Assembly: GCA_964016885.1 (NCBI GenBank)
Contig: OZ024743.1
Coordinates: 326,120,001 to 326,184,000 of the forward strand
DNA length: 64,000 nucleotides
From: Eledone cirrhosa
Taxonomy: Eukaryota
Direction of reading: 5' to 3'
In this document: piece after piece, positions 11,839 through 24,495 of the stretch
Layout: each line of letters starts with the position of its first letter
Numbering within the stretch: position 1 is the first letter of the stretch
Translations under genes and position numbers: made by a program
The notes under the pieces: model-generated
Told to the model about the DNA's origin: nothing
What the model saw: only the letters and a program-made list of their open reading frames with translations
The model's database searches: none

Positions 11839-12170
11839 AAATATATGTACATACACACATAAAGGAGTTCTGACATTGACGGTCATGCAAACGAAACCGA
11901 CGCCACGAGAGAGGATTCGTCAATCTTTTAAAAAGTAATGTTGATTCTTGTTACCATGACAACTAAAACTTGTTGCTTTTTGATTGGTCAACTAATATAT
12001 TTGTGATTGCATGAGTTCAAATTTTAGGTGTTTCTGACAAAATTCAACGAAAAAAAAATATTGAGAATAAATATTATAACTTATTAAATGATTTATTTTA
12101 TCTCTTAATAAAAAAAAAAGTTCCCTGTAGGCAGAATTAACAGTAAAATATTATTAATTAATGTAATAAT

Positions 12171-12355
12171 TGTTTCTACTTTAGGCACAAGACCAGCAAT
12201 TACTCAGTGCATTACTGGTACTTTATTTTATCAACCCCGTAAGGATGAAAGGCAAAGTCAACATCGGCGGGATTTGAACTCAGATCGTAAAGGGACGTAA
12301 CTATGCTGAAAAGCATGGCGTCCGACCCTCTACCGATACTGCCAATCCACCGCCC
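12171..12355 (-). mobile_element. Full-length tRNA-derived SINE (family A) with 17-bp TSD
   Basis: Starts GGGCGGTGGATTGGCAGTATCGGTAGAG on the minus strand; TTAATTAATGTAATAAT at 12154-12170 and 12356-12372. Confidence 0.92.
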
Positions 12356-12372
12356 TTAATTAATGTAATAAT

Positions 12373-12600
12373 CGAATCATACCAGGAATTATCGGCTATC
12401 TTTTTCAGCCGGTGGCAATCGAAGTATTTGGGGGAGCTGGACCGCTGGCTACGAAGTTCATGTCAATGCTGACATCTTGCCTTACCAACGTATCAAGTGA
12501 TGCTCATGTCGAGAATGCTTGGTTATCCCAGTGTTTTAGCCTCGCTATCACCCTCGGCAATGCTGCAAGTGTGTTGACTTGCCGAAAAGATTATTAGAGG
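12373..12600 (+). mobile_element. CRE-clade non-LTR retrotransposon C-terminal (restriction-like endonuclease) fragment
   Basis: YQEL..FQPVAIEVFGGAGPLATKFMSMLTSCLTNVSSD..ENAWLSQCFSLAITLGNAASVL resembles the F.PVA.E..G..G / QR.S.A.QRGNAA.VL end of CRE ORFs. Confidence 0.75.
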
Positions 12601-12909
12601 GAAACTCCAACGCCTCGTGTGGTGTATGAATGAGGGTGCATGTCTTCCCCCATTTTGTTTTTCTTTTTTCTTATATAAATCATGTTTATTTGTTTGCATA
12701 AAACTCGTATTAGCGCCGAAAGAAAGCTCACTATTTTAATGCCTTTTATTTTCTGGAGGTATGGTCAAATTTGGGCCTTGAAAACTTGGGTAGTTCCTTT
12801 ATTCTCTGTATGAACATAAATAAATAAATATAATATTTCTGCTCTCTTCCTGATTGAGTACTGTTGTCCTTTTTTCCTTTTCATATCTACAGATATTGCT
12901 ACACACAAA

Positions 12910-12942
<33 letters not shown>

Positions 12943-12946
<4 letters not shown>

Positions 12947-13251
12947 AAGCTGAAGCATATAGACAATATACCACCGCCACCCTCCCATTGTAAAGTGGTC
13001 GTGGAGATGTCACGACAAAAAAGCACCCAGTCCACATCGTAGAGTGGTCATGTAGGCACCACGGTAAAAAAGCACCCAGTACTCACTGCAAATGAGGTTG
13101 GTGTTATGAAGGGCATCCAGCTGTAGAAATCAAGCCAAAATCAGTTCCCGTATGAGCAAGACATGGTCATTCGACCTAGCATTGCCCACAACAGGACAAC
13201 CTTTCTAACCCATGCTTGCGTGGAAGAATGGACGTAAAACAGTGATGATGA
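12943..13251 (+). mobile_element. 5'-truncated RTE 3'-UTR module
   Basis: Matches 36935-37187: AAAAAGCACCCAG repeats, GGTTGGTGTTATGAAGGGCATCCAGCTGTAGAAA, tail GGACGTAAAACAGTGATGATGA. Confidence 0.8.
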
Positions 13252-13574
13252 TATATATATATATATATGCATTTGATATTTCCGTTTAAAACTGCCATGC
13301 TATTCAGCCAGAGTGATGAATATTAGGGATATTCGAAGAGTAAACAAATCTTGAATCCATGTGGGTCGTTGACTAATACACTAATCTTAATCGTAACCCC
13401 TAATTCTAATTTGGGAAAAAAATAGTTTAAATTACCCTTAACTCTAAGACTAACTTGGAATAAATTAGTTTGGAATATATCTTATATTAATTTATCGTGG
13501 GTCAGTTGATATTTTTGAGAAACAGCCAGAAACTGAGGTTTCTGCAGTATTTTATATACATACATACATAATTA

Positions 13575-13790
13575 CCGTTTAATGTCCATTTCCATGGGTT
13601 AGACGAGTTGTCCCATTGTGATACAAGCCAGGTCAGGTGACCATGTCTTGCTCATACAGAACTGATTTTGGCTTGGTTTCTATGGTTGGATGCCCTTCCT
13701 AATGCCAATCACATTTACAGTGTACACTCGGTGCTTTTTATCATGACACCTACACAACCACTCTACAGTGTGGGTTGGGCACTTTTTGTT
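13575..13790 (-). mobile_element. RTE/SINE 3' module fragment
   Basis: GGATGCCCTTCCTAATGCCAA and GTTTAATGTCCATTT on + are the reverse complement of the module and tail. Confidence 0.7.
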
Positions 13791-13841
<51 letters not shown>

Positions 13842-16800
13842 GATAGATAGATATAGATATATAGTTATAAATATACATATATAGCAGCTCCTATGGTAGC
13901 GTGTTGGATGCTGAGATGAGATGGTGGTGTGCTTTGATGTTGATTCGGTTGTTGTGTGTACTCACTTGTGGATTGCTCAGTTGTGTGGTCACTATTGTGT
14001 AGAATATATGGGAAAGAAGATTGATACAGTGTGACCAAAGAATGCAAGTACGAGTGTACAAGTAAGTAAGTGTTCATTATGATGATGATGAATTCTTGGG
14101 TAAGTGATTTACCTTGATCACATAGGAAATAAAATATATCGACCACAATAACACAAAGCAGCTATATTAATAGTTTATTAAATATAACTTTTGTCAAAGT
14201 TATACAATACATGGAGAACAAATAACTACAGTGGAATTGTGTGATGTATATCAGGTATGATGTATATGCGTATTTGCTTGCAAAAGTATTATTAAAATGT
14301 ATTTACCAAACTTCTGTTAATGTGATGAATTCTGTTAGCCTGGCAGCTAAAGAGACTAAGTGAGAGAGAGAGAAGCAAAGAGTGGGCGAGAGAGAGACCC
14401 ATCTTAACTGGTCGGTAGAAACTCTGCAACTGTGTATTGACCGGAAGCAGCTTTTTGTCCCCTCAAAGTGTTATCTAAAAAAATCTCTAGTTGGTCACTT
14501 TCTCTAGTCTAATTGGCATCAGTTTGAAACAAAGAAAAACTGAACATCTATGTGCTACAAGGTCAGCATGTAATCACACTGATCTACTTTGCCAAGAGTT
14601 CAAATTACTGCTACATATATATAAGGTGTGATAGTTTGCTTGAAGCAATGTGAATATGAAATTATTAGCAATTTAACAATTTAATATTCCCATATTACCT
14701 TAGCAATTTAATATTCCCATATTAAATTGCTAAGGTAACTTCATCTTGGAACATAAAGGGTCATAATGGCAATCCTGTCTTGGTGGGTTTATTTTTGTCA
14801 AATTCAAATAATTTATAATGAATGACATAAGAACACAATGTATATCTGTTTTTCAATTTCCAAAGGATTTTCCATCTTTAACTCAATTGCTGTTTCAGCT
14901 CAAATGGTCTATGACTTTCTAGCAGCATTATTATCAAAAGTATTCCACCATGACAATGCTGGGTGGAGGGTGGAAGGTATATGTCAGGCACAACATTATT
15001 GAATGTAGCCTTTCTTTTTTAGGGTGTGATTTGAGAAAGATTTGGTTGCTATTTATAGAAGGTAGAGTGATTATGTAGAGGTTCTCTTTCTTCATTGGTG
15101 TTTATGTTATTGTTTAGACCTATACCTAGACCTAGACCTAAATTAGCCCTGATTTAGTAGAACTTTGATTAAAGGTGTTCCTGTCATGACCATCCTACCA
15201 TTTGTATATCAGGGTTTACATTGTCTAATTTGTCCTTCCATTTTCAAGATTGTATAGTATGGTATAGTTAGGGGAAAGTTTGACTGCTATATCTGGCTGA
15301 TTAGAATGTCACGTTGAGGCCTCTTGTTGACTCAGTCTTAAACTGTTTGTTTTTATGGTGATACTAAAAATGTAAAATGTTAACTTGTGACATGTTGACA
15401 AAGTTGGCTTCTATGTTGCTCCTTTGCTGTACTTAATTAAGACAAAACAGCTAAAGTCTTTCCTCAACAAAATTCCTCCCCTGCTATTGTTTTTATGGTG
15501 GTATTAAAAATACAAAATGTTAACTTGTAGTGCTAGGTGTAGTGAAGATACCAAGTTATTAGTTCAGATACAGCTGCAATTATTTCATTGCAAAACTGCT
15601 TAATATTAGGAAGAATGAGGAGGGGATGGACCATTGTCAGTTTTGATGGTGAGTGTTCCAGTTGTTCAATCAATGGAACAGCCTGCTCGTGATATCAACA
15701 ATTGGTTGAGCATTCCACATACACAGGTATTCTTAGTCTAGTTCCCAAGGAGATTCAGCATGACACAATGTGTAACATGGCTGGCCCTTTGAATTACAAG
15801 TACAGTAGTCCATCTGACGGGCTTCCAAACAGTTTCTGTCAACCTAATTTCATTCACAAGGCATGGTTCAACCTAAGGCTATGGTAAATGACAATAGCCT
15901 GGGATATAAGGATTGCAAAGCAAATTTCCTAACCATTCAGCTATGCTGCATCCATATTGCTTGGTTTGACACTACATCTCTCACAACCACCTTATATGTC
16001 TTTATAGACCTGACAAGCCACCCATTTTAACATATTGGTACGTTTATTCTATTTCATTAATCTCAAATTCCAGCCCTTGGAACCTAATCACCACATGCTA
16101 GAAATAATTGTAAAATAACACATACCTTAGAGATAATTACTAATAATTTCACTTCTAGCATTGTGTAATGATTTAACAGAAAATATCTGAAAACAGGTTT
16201 GTTAATTCAAATATTTATAGTATCATAACTGGTGGGCAGATCATTGTGAAAATTTGCTGTATTAATTTTTAATGTGATGCAGTCAAAATGTTGTTATATA
16301 CTTTTCAAGAATGACTTGCTAATGCAGTTTTTTGTCAATTCAAATGTATATAATATCTTTACTAGTGGATAGATCATTGTGAAAATATGTAGCATTAGAA
16401 TAAAGACTTTGATTTTTTAATGTGATATATTCATAATGCTATTTTGTACTTGAAGTGGTGAGGGTCCCTCCAATACTGGTGAGATTGCTGCAACCAATGT
16501 TCAACTTGAGTATCAACAGAAGAAATATGAGGTGGGGTGGGGTATCAGATGTTATACAGTTCTGGCAGAGGATGGGAATTGAGTAAAATGTTTAGTGTGG
16601 GGTTTGAGAGATGAGACACAGTAAAAGTGATGGTACAAGATGTTGGTACAAGTAAGCCTGGGTGAACTGAGGTGTACAGATAGATAATTAAAGGAAGCAA
16701 AATCTATTGTAGTCATAATAGAAGAAGCAGAGAAAATACCAGCATGTCTTTAAGCTAGGTATGCAAACCTGTTGGTGACTGAATTTGTACCAATCTAGAT

Positions 16801-17408
16801 GAGGTATAGGATGTTTGTGTTGTGTGTGTAGCAGCAACATAGTCACAGACATGTGGGAGATGCTTGAATTTGCTTTTCTGTTTTTAGAGTTAGTGACTGA
16901 TCAGGACTGAAGTATTTCCTGACTCTAAACAAGAATCCTAATTTTTGTGATGCAGCATTGGCAATGTTTTATATAAGGGCTCACCATAAGAAATCATCAA
17001 AACCAAATTATGTACAAACTTTTAATTTTAAACATACATCACTATGTTATATCCACTTTCCCTACTAGCATAGGTTGGACAGGCCTTTGCAGTCTAAATC
17101 AATTCTTATTCAGATTTATTGCACTCCTAGGTGAGTCATAGGACCTCTTGCTGGTATGTTTCAAGTTGGCATGGCTTCTACTGCTGGATGCTCTTCCTAA
17201 CACCAACCACATTACAGAAACTACAGAATGCTTTTTATCAAAGAACTAGAAAGGTTGTCATGCCCACAACAAGCTAGAAGAGCCCTCTCTAGCCTACATT
17301 GTCTCTGTTTGGTTGCCAAATACTTTACAGAGTGTACTGGAAGCTGCTTTTTTTTCTCTACAAGGCAAAATTATCATCTCTATTTTACACAATCTCCATT
17401 CTTTTAAA

Positions 17409-20245
17409 GTAAACACCAAATCCCTCCCCCATGAAGAATGCACCTCCACAACATAGACTGATAATTAGCGACCTCATAGTCAGGACGAGACGTACCCGAC
17501 AGCAGAAGAGGACTATCCTCAGGAGAAAAATATGGAAGCTAAAGGACCCTACAGCCAGAAATAAATTTCAAAGCATATTACTTGATGCTTTCGACAGTAA
17601 GGAAGAGCATTTAGAGTCGTACAATATAGAGGAACAGTGGGAATTCCTGAAAGCAAACCTGCTGATGGCGGCAGACGAAGTCTGTGGCTGGAGCAGGCCT
17701 ATGAGCAGGAGGAGAGTAACATGGTGGTGGAACAGTAAGGTGGAGGAGTCGATTAAGGCCAAAAAGCAGGCTTGGAAAGTATGGCGGGATGGGGGAAGTA
17801 GAGAAGACTATCAAGTGGCCAGGAGGGAAGCTAGGAGACAAGTGTACTTCGCAAGAAGGGAAGCAGAGGAAAGAAAGTTCAAGCATGTTCTACAACGCGA
17901 GGACCAAAAACGTGAGGTGTTCAGGATTGCTAGGCAATGTGTCAAGGAAAACCGTGATATTGTCGGGGAGAAGTGTGTACTAAATGATGATGGCGTACTT
18001 TCCATCACTGACGCTGATAAGAAGGTAGCTTGGAAGTGTCACTACGAAAGGCTACTAAATGAGGAGAATAAATGGGAGAAGGATAGTCTCCCCCAGATCG
18101 ATCCAATAGAGGGACCAGCAGTGTTAGTTGAAGGTAGTATAATAAGTAAGGCTATCAAAGATATGAAGACGGGTAAGGCGGCTGGGCCTTCGGAAATAGT
18201 TGCTGAGATGCTGAAAAGCTCTGGAACGGTGGGACACACCATGGTTACCCGGATAGTAAACCAAGTCATACAGAATGGGGTTGTTCCGAAGGACTGGCGT
18301 AGCAGCATCATCATTAACTGTTACAAGGGTAAAGGAGACGCCCTAGATAGGAGTAACTATAGAGGCATTAAATTAATCGACCAGGTCATGAAGGTCATGG
18401 AAAAAGTAATAGTGCAACTAATCAGAGAGAGAATTGATCTAGATGAATGCAGTTCGGGTTTGTGTCAGGCAAAAGTACCACAGACGCTCTTTTCATTATA
18501 CAACAACTACAGGAGAAGTACCTAGCTAAAAGTAAACCCCTATACTTAGCCTTTGTCGACTTGGAGAAAGCGTTCGACAGAGTCCCCCATTCCATTATCT
18601 GGTGGGCTCTTATAAACTAGGTGTTGATGAATGGCTTGTGAGAGCTATACAAGCCATGTATAAAGAAACAGTCAGCAAGGTTAGAATTAACAACGAATAT
18701 AGTGAAGAGTTTAGCGTAAAAGTTGGTGTTCATCAGGGCTCTGTTCTTAACGCCCTACTATTTATTATTGCCCTACAGGCTATAACAGTGGAGTTCAAGA
18801 CAGGCTGCCCATGGGAACTCCTATACGCAGATGATCTAACGCTCATAGCTGAATCAATGGCCGAGCTAGAGAAGAAATTCCAAACATGGAAGCACGGCCT
18901 AGAATCAAAAGGCCTTAATATTAACCTGGCTAAGACTAAAGTTCTAGTTTGTAGGAAAGAAAATAAGGCGCCGGTCCCTTCCGGGAAATGGCCATGCTCA
19001 GTGTGTAGGAAAGGCGTAGGTAGAAACTCCATTTTATGTCCCAAATGCAAAGTATGGGTGCATAAAAGATGCAGTGGGATCACAGGTAAGCTAACTAAGA
19101 ACATAGATTCTGTGCCCACAGAATACTAGCTCTTTCAATTGCGCAGAGGGTTCTATAGAAATAATGGACAGCTTCCGTTACCTGGGTGACAAAATCAGCA
19201 GTGGGGGAGGGTGCTCTGAAAGTACAGTAGCCAGAGTCAGAACTGGATGGAAAAAGTTCAGAGAGCTTATACCACTATTAGCCGCTAAAGGGTTCTCCCT
19301 AAAAATGAAAGGCAGGCTGTATGATGCCTGCATACGAACAGCAATGTTGCATGGCAGTGAGACCTGGGCATTGTGTGCAGAGGATATACGCAGACTAGAG
19401 AGGAATGAAGCTTGCATGCTCTGCTGGATGTGTAATAGTAATATACGCGAACGGCAAAGCATAAACGAACTAAGGGAAAAATTAGAAATAAGAGGGATCA
19501 GATGTTGTTTAGTCGAGAGAAGGCTATGTTGGTATGGTCACGTGATGCGCATGAAAGACGACAGCTGTATAAAAAAGTGCAGGGCAATAAAGATAGACGG
19601 TAGCCACGGAGTAGGCAGACCCAGAAAAACCTGGGACGACCTGATAAATTCCGACCTCACACACTTACACCTCTCCAAGACAATGTCACTGGACTGAGAT
19701 CTTTGGCGGTACTCAGTAATAGAGAAGACCTGCCTTACCTGAAATACAAAGTAAAACCTACTACAGTCAGTAGGCATCTCTAACAAAACACACCCCCGTC
19801 CCACCACCCCCACCCCATCCACACCGCCCCTTTCAATGTAAAGTTATGTTGGTGCCACAACATCCAGGCCGAAACAAATGAGTTTGTGTAGGTGTCACGA
19901 CAAAAAAACACACAGTCCACGCTGTAATGTGGCTGTGTAGGCAACACGGTAAAAACCTCCCAGCCCCACACTGTAAACGTGGTTGGTGTTAGGAAGGGCA
20001 TCCAGCTGTAGAAAACCCGCCAGACAGTCCACGCTGTAATGTGGCCGTGTAGGCAACACGGTAAAAACCTCCCAGCCCCACACTGTAAATGTGGTTGGTG
20101 TTAGGAAGGGCATCCAGCTGTAGAAAACCCGCCAGTCAGTCCTATGCGAGCAAGACAACCACTCTTGCCTCAAGTGGGAAAACTCCCGTCCAAACCCATG
20201 CAAGCGTGGAACATGGACGTTAAACGATGATGATGATGATGATGA
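17409..20245 (+). mobile_element. RTE-clade LINE, 5'-truncated and frameshifted (end of APE, RT, PHD-like finger, C-terminus, extended 3' UTR, (GAT)n tail)
   Basis: ORFs 17431-18525, 18602-19129, 19164-19697: TWWWN, GKAAGP, KGKGD..NYRGIKL, FVDLEKAFDRVP, GVHQGSVL, LYADDL, FRYLG, R.CWYGHVMRM, GRPRKTW; tail TGGACGTTAAACGATGATGATG. Confidence 0.95.
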
Positions 20246-20439
20246 CCAGAAGTGTAAATAAAAGGTAAGGGATGGCCATGAGGTTGAATGAGGAGAGAGT
20301 GTGAATATGAGCATGATGTAGGAAGCAACTAATGGGAAAGTAGAAAGGGTAAAGGAACAGTAATAGATTCATGCTGGTTGTTAGTTGAAGGTTGAGTAGA
20401 AAAGAGCATGTGCAATGTGATGGGATAGCAATAAGGATG

Positions 20440-21745
20440 TGTCATTGTAAGAGAGAGTGTTATAGTGAGAGCACTACCCAACACAAGTTAGTTATTAGTG
20501 ACATCAAAATAAGAATAAGACAAAACAAGGTATGCAGGAAAATATGGAGACAGAAGGTTTGGAAGCTAAAGGACCTTTCAGTTAAATATAGATTTAGAAA
20601 GGAGGATTTAGATTTAGACAGAGGAGCTGTCAGTACAGTAAAGTGAGAGTAGGAAATGAGTTTAGTGAGGAATTCAGGGTACAGGTAGGAGTTCATCAAG
20701 GTTCCGTTCTTAGCCCACTGCTATTCATCTTAGTTATCCAGGCCATAACAGATGAGTTTAAAACTGGCTGTCCATAGGGCAGATGATTTGGTCCATAAAA
20801 GAACTAGAAAATAAGTTCCAACTATGGAAATGCAATTTGGTATCAAAAGGTCTGAGAGTAAACTGAGCTAAAACTAAAGTGCTAGTGAGTAGGAAAGAAG
20901 ATAGGACCCTGATCTCTCCAGGGAAGTGGCACTGCTCCACATGCAGAAAAGGAGTAGGCACACACTCCATATAGTGTACACAATGTAAATGTTGGGTACA
21001 CAAGAGATGTAGTGGGATAATGAGTGTACTAACAGGAAAGGATGACTTTGTATGTAGTAGATGCACAGGAGTAATCGAGGGAAACAGCGTCAGTGATATA
21101 AACCTTGTCAAGTCACAGGAATGGTCCATAGAAGTGGTTGATAGCTTCTGATATCTAGGTGACTTAATTAGCAACAGGGGAAGATGCTCTGAGAGCATAA
21201 TAGCTAGAATAAGGATAGGATAGAAGAAGTTTAGAGAGTTCTTCCCACTGTTGACAACAAAAGGTTTCCCCTTACATACAAAAGAATGACTGTATGATGC
21301 CTGTGTGTGAAGTGAAATGCTGCATGGTAGTGAAACATGTGACTGCAGAAGACATACATAGACTGGAGAAAAATGAAGCAGTCATGCTTCATTGGATGTG
21401 CAATGTAATTGTGAAAGAAAAGCAGAACTTGGATGAATTGAGGGAGAAGCTGGGTTTAAGTGGTACCCAAGGTGGTGTGCAGGAGAGAAGACTTCATAGG
21501 TACGAACATGAGCATGGATGATGATTGCTGGGTGGAGAAGTGCCAGGAAATGCTAGTGGAAGGAAGCTGCAGTAGAGGTAGGCCGAGAAAGACCTAGGCA
21601 GAGATGGTGATAGTTGATCTCAAATCACTGAAACTCACAGAGATGATGAAGGAACACAGCAAGTGGAGAGATGCTGGCCTGAGAAGGACATGTCCAGCCT
21701 ATGCGAGCTTGGAAAAACAGACATAAAAACAATGATGATGATGAC
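20440..21745 (+). mobile_element. Older RTE LINE copy with internal deletion, ending directly in the (GAT)n tail
   Basis: EC..TTQHKLVISD..KVWKLKD joined to GVHQGSVLSPLLF; complete CxxC..CxxC..HxxC..CxxC finger at 20921-21070; many stops. Confidence 0.88.
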
Positions 21746-22048
21746 ATATACACACAATTATAAAGATACCATATAACAATTTTCTAAGCTAAATAATTTT
21801 ACATTTGGGGTTTAAATCCTGCTAGAGTTCATTTTTTACTCTTCATCCTTCTATTATCATTAATTCATGACATGCAAAATAAACGAATTAAAGACTGATA
21901 TATCAATCACATTCCTATATTATTATTATTTTATTTTTTACTTGTTTCAGCCATTGACTGCAAATATGCCTGGAAACTGTTGTGATTTAATCTATCATAT
22001 CGACCCTAGTTTTATTTGCAAGTCTGGTACTTATTTTATTTATCACAG

Positions 22049-23255
22049 CAGAATCCATGGCAGAATTAGAGAAGAAATTCCAGACATGGAAGCAAAAGCT
22101 GGAATTAAAAAGCTTGAGAGTCAACTTGGCAAAGTCCTAGCAAGTAAAAAAGAAAACAAAGCCTTGATTCCTCCAGGGAAATGAACTTACTCAACATACA
22201 AGAAAGGATAAGGCAGAAATTCCATTCTAAGTACAAAATGTAAGTTAAGGGTACACAAAAGATGTAGTGGGGTCTTAGGCAAGGTCACAAAGAATGTAGG
22301 TCATGTATGTGAAAGATGCAGAGGAGCATTAAGCAGCAAGAGCTCACTTAAAATAAGCTCTATTGAATGCTCAAATGGTTCCCTAGAGGTAGTTGACAGC
22401 TTCTGTTATCTGGGGAACCAAATTAGCAGTGGAGCTGGGTTTTCTGAAAATACAGTAGCCAAAATAAGAACCAGTTGGAAAAAGTTCAAGAGCCTACTAC
22501 TACTTTGGCTACAAAGGGTTTCTCTCTCTGAGTGAAAGGCAAAATGAATGATGCTTGTGTGTGCATGGCAGTGCTGCATAGAAGCAAGACATAAGCTTGT
22601 GTGCAGAGACTTTATGAAGATTGACAAGAAATGAGGTGAACATGTTCTGATGGATGTATAATAGTAGTGTACATGAACAACAACGCATCAATGAGCTGAG
22701 AGAAAAACTAGGCATAAAAGGGATCGGATGCAGTATGCAGAAGAAATGACTGCGATAGTATGGAAATGTGATGTACATGGATGATGATAGCTGCATAAAA
22801 AAATGCAGAGTGCCTAAAATTGATGGAATCTATGGAAGACTTAAAAAAACTTGGGATGATGGTCGTTAAGACACAGACATCACTCACTTGCCTCAAAGCC
22901 ACCATTACAACTCGACACTTGCTCTTCCACCGTGGGATGACCACCTTTCTCTACAAGCATGTAGCTTGCTCCCTCATTCCCTTCCCCACCCTGGCCAAAG
23001 ATAGTGAGTGAGTTACAATAAAATACATCCAGGCCACTCTATAAAGTGGTTGTGTTGGTGCCATGATAAAATACAATCAGCCCCCACTCTAAAGTGGTAG
23101 TGCTGGTGCCACAATAAATGCTCCCATCGTAAGTGATTGGTATTAGGAAGAGCATCAAACTAGAAACCAAGCCCAAAATGGAGGATATGAGCAAGTGACA
23201 ATCTGCCTACTTCATGAAAGTATGAAAAATAGACATTAAATGGTGATGATGATAG
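22049..23255 (+). mobile_element. Degenerate RTE LINE 3' portion plus 3' module
   Basis: AESMAELEKKFQTWK, VHKRCSG, FCYLG, (GAT)n tail at about 23245. Confidence 0.82.
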
Positions 23256-23279
23256 GTTTCTGCTAGAGAATGGTTGTAG

Positions 23280-24345
23280 GTGGCAGATAGCGATATGGCC
23301 ACACGATATGATGGTTAGTTGCAATATAAATGGGCTCCTGCTGGATGAATAAGTAACCCTGGTAAACTACTAGGGGTGATGGAGCAATGGGTGATGCTAT
23401 TAGCTCTCAAGAAAATTCTCACAACCTAGTGATGTAATTATGACGAGGTGAGTAAAGGCAGCCTCTAAAAAAGCCTAGTTTTCACAGGTCTGAGAAAAGT
23501 ACCAGATTGTTGACTAACCACCAAAAACTGCAATATGGTTAGAAGCAACAAAAACAATCATACCCATTGCCCCTTGCATGGGTTTACAAGGGACACATTC
23601 AGGCCTTATGTAGAGGGGCTTGTTTGAAAAATATATTGGTCTCCATCTCATGATGCAAGAACTGGCAATGACCCTACCACCTATCCTAGGAGGTATGGGA
23701 TGGATGTTCAAAGATTGCATATCCCGAGAGTCCAAAGAAGAACTTTGGGCTGTGTTTATGAATGGTGGAAGGCAGGAGGCTGAATTAAGTGCAAGAATTG
23801 CAGGAGCTGGAACAGTAATGTGCTAGCTTCAGCATTCAATCATCAGAAGAAGAGAGATATGTGTAAAAGCCAAACTCGCTATCTTTAATTTGGTATTTGT
23901 AGCAACCATTACCTATGGTCATGAATCTTGGGTAATGACCAAAAGAATATGATTGCAAATACAAGCAGCTGAAATGGGGTTCCTCCAAAGGGTCTTTGTA
24001 GTAACCTTACACAATAGAATGCATAGCTCAGAGATCAGATAGAGCAACTACATCTCTAAATTGAGAGATGACAGCCCCGATACAATGGGCATGTGATTAG
24101 AATGTCTCAAGAAAGAATCACTGGACAGATTTTACAGGCAGGAGACTCTGAGCAAGACGGTTGGATAACATCCATAAGTTCAGCTAATCTAGCTTGGGGA
24201 TCCAGCTGGATCAACTGGATGGTTGTTTCTGACAGGGCCCCCTGGAAGGTGTGTTTGAGGACTTTTGCCCCCACGACCTTCCTAGGAATAAATGGGAGGA
24301 GTAAAAGAAGAAAAAGGAGGAGGAGGCGGCGGCGGCGGAGGAAGT
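23280..24345 (+). mobile_element. Second RTE family (Expander/REX3-like): C-terminal remnant, possibly fused to a 5' non-coding part
   Basis: 23750-24140 translates to GRQEAELSARIAGAGTVM..AKLAIF..TITYGHESWVMT..QIQAAEMGFL..GHVIRMSQERIT; purine-rich tail. Confidence 0.7.
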
Positions 24346-24349
24346 CTCT

Positions 24350-24495
24350 AATTTTTCTGTTAACCAAATTCCACTCACAAGGCATTTGTCAACCTGAGAT
24401 TATAGTAGAAGACACTTGTCCCAAAATGCAGTGCAGTGGGGCTGAATCCTGAACTACGTGCTCGTGAAGTGAACTATTTAACCACACAGTTATGA
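24350..24495 (-). mobile_element. tRNA/CORE-like SINE (family B) 5' part
   Basis: CAAATTCCACTCACAAGGC...ATAGTAGAAGACACTTGTCCCAA...GCTGAATCC...ACCACACAG; homologues at 39820-39965, 45825-45958, 50330-50450, 53665-53830. Confidence 0.7.

Noticed and set aside
13870-14520. Possible solo LTR or exon-containing segment
   Set aside because: No TG...CA termini with TSD, PBS or partner LTR identified, and no convincing reading frame
16450-16830. Possible + strand exon (SGEGPSNTGEIAATNVQLEYQQKKYE)
   Set aside because: Weak splice signals and no recognisable homology; may be an old LINE remnant on the opposite strand
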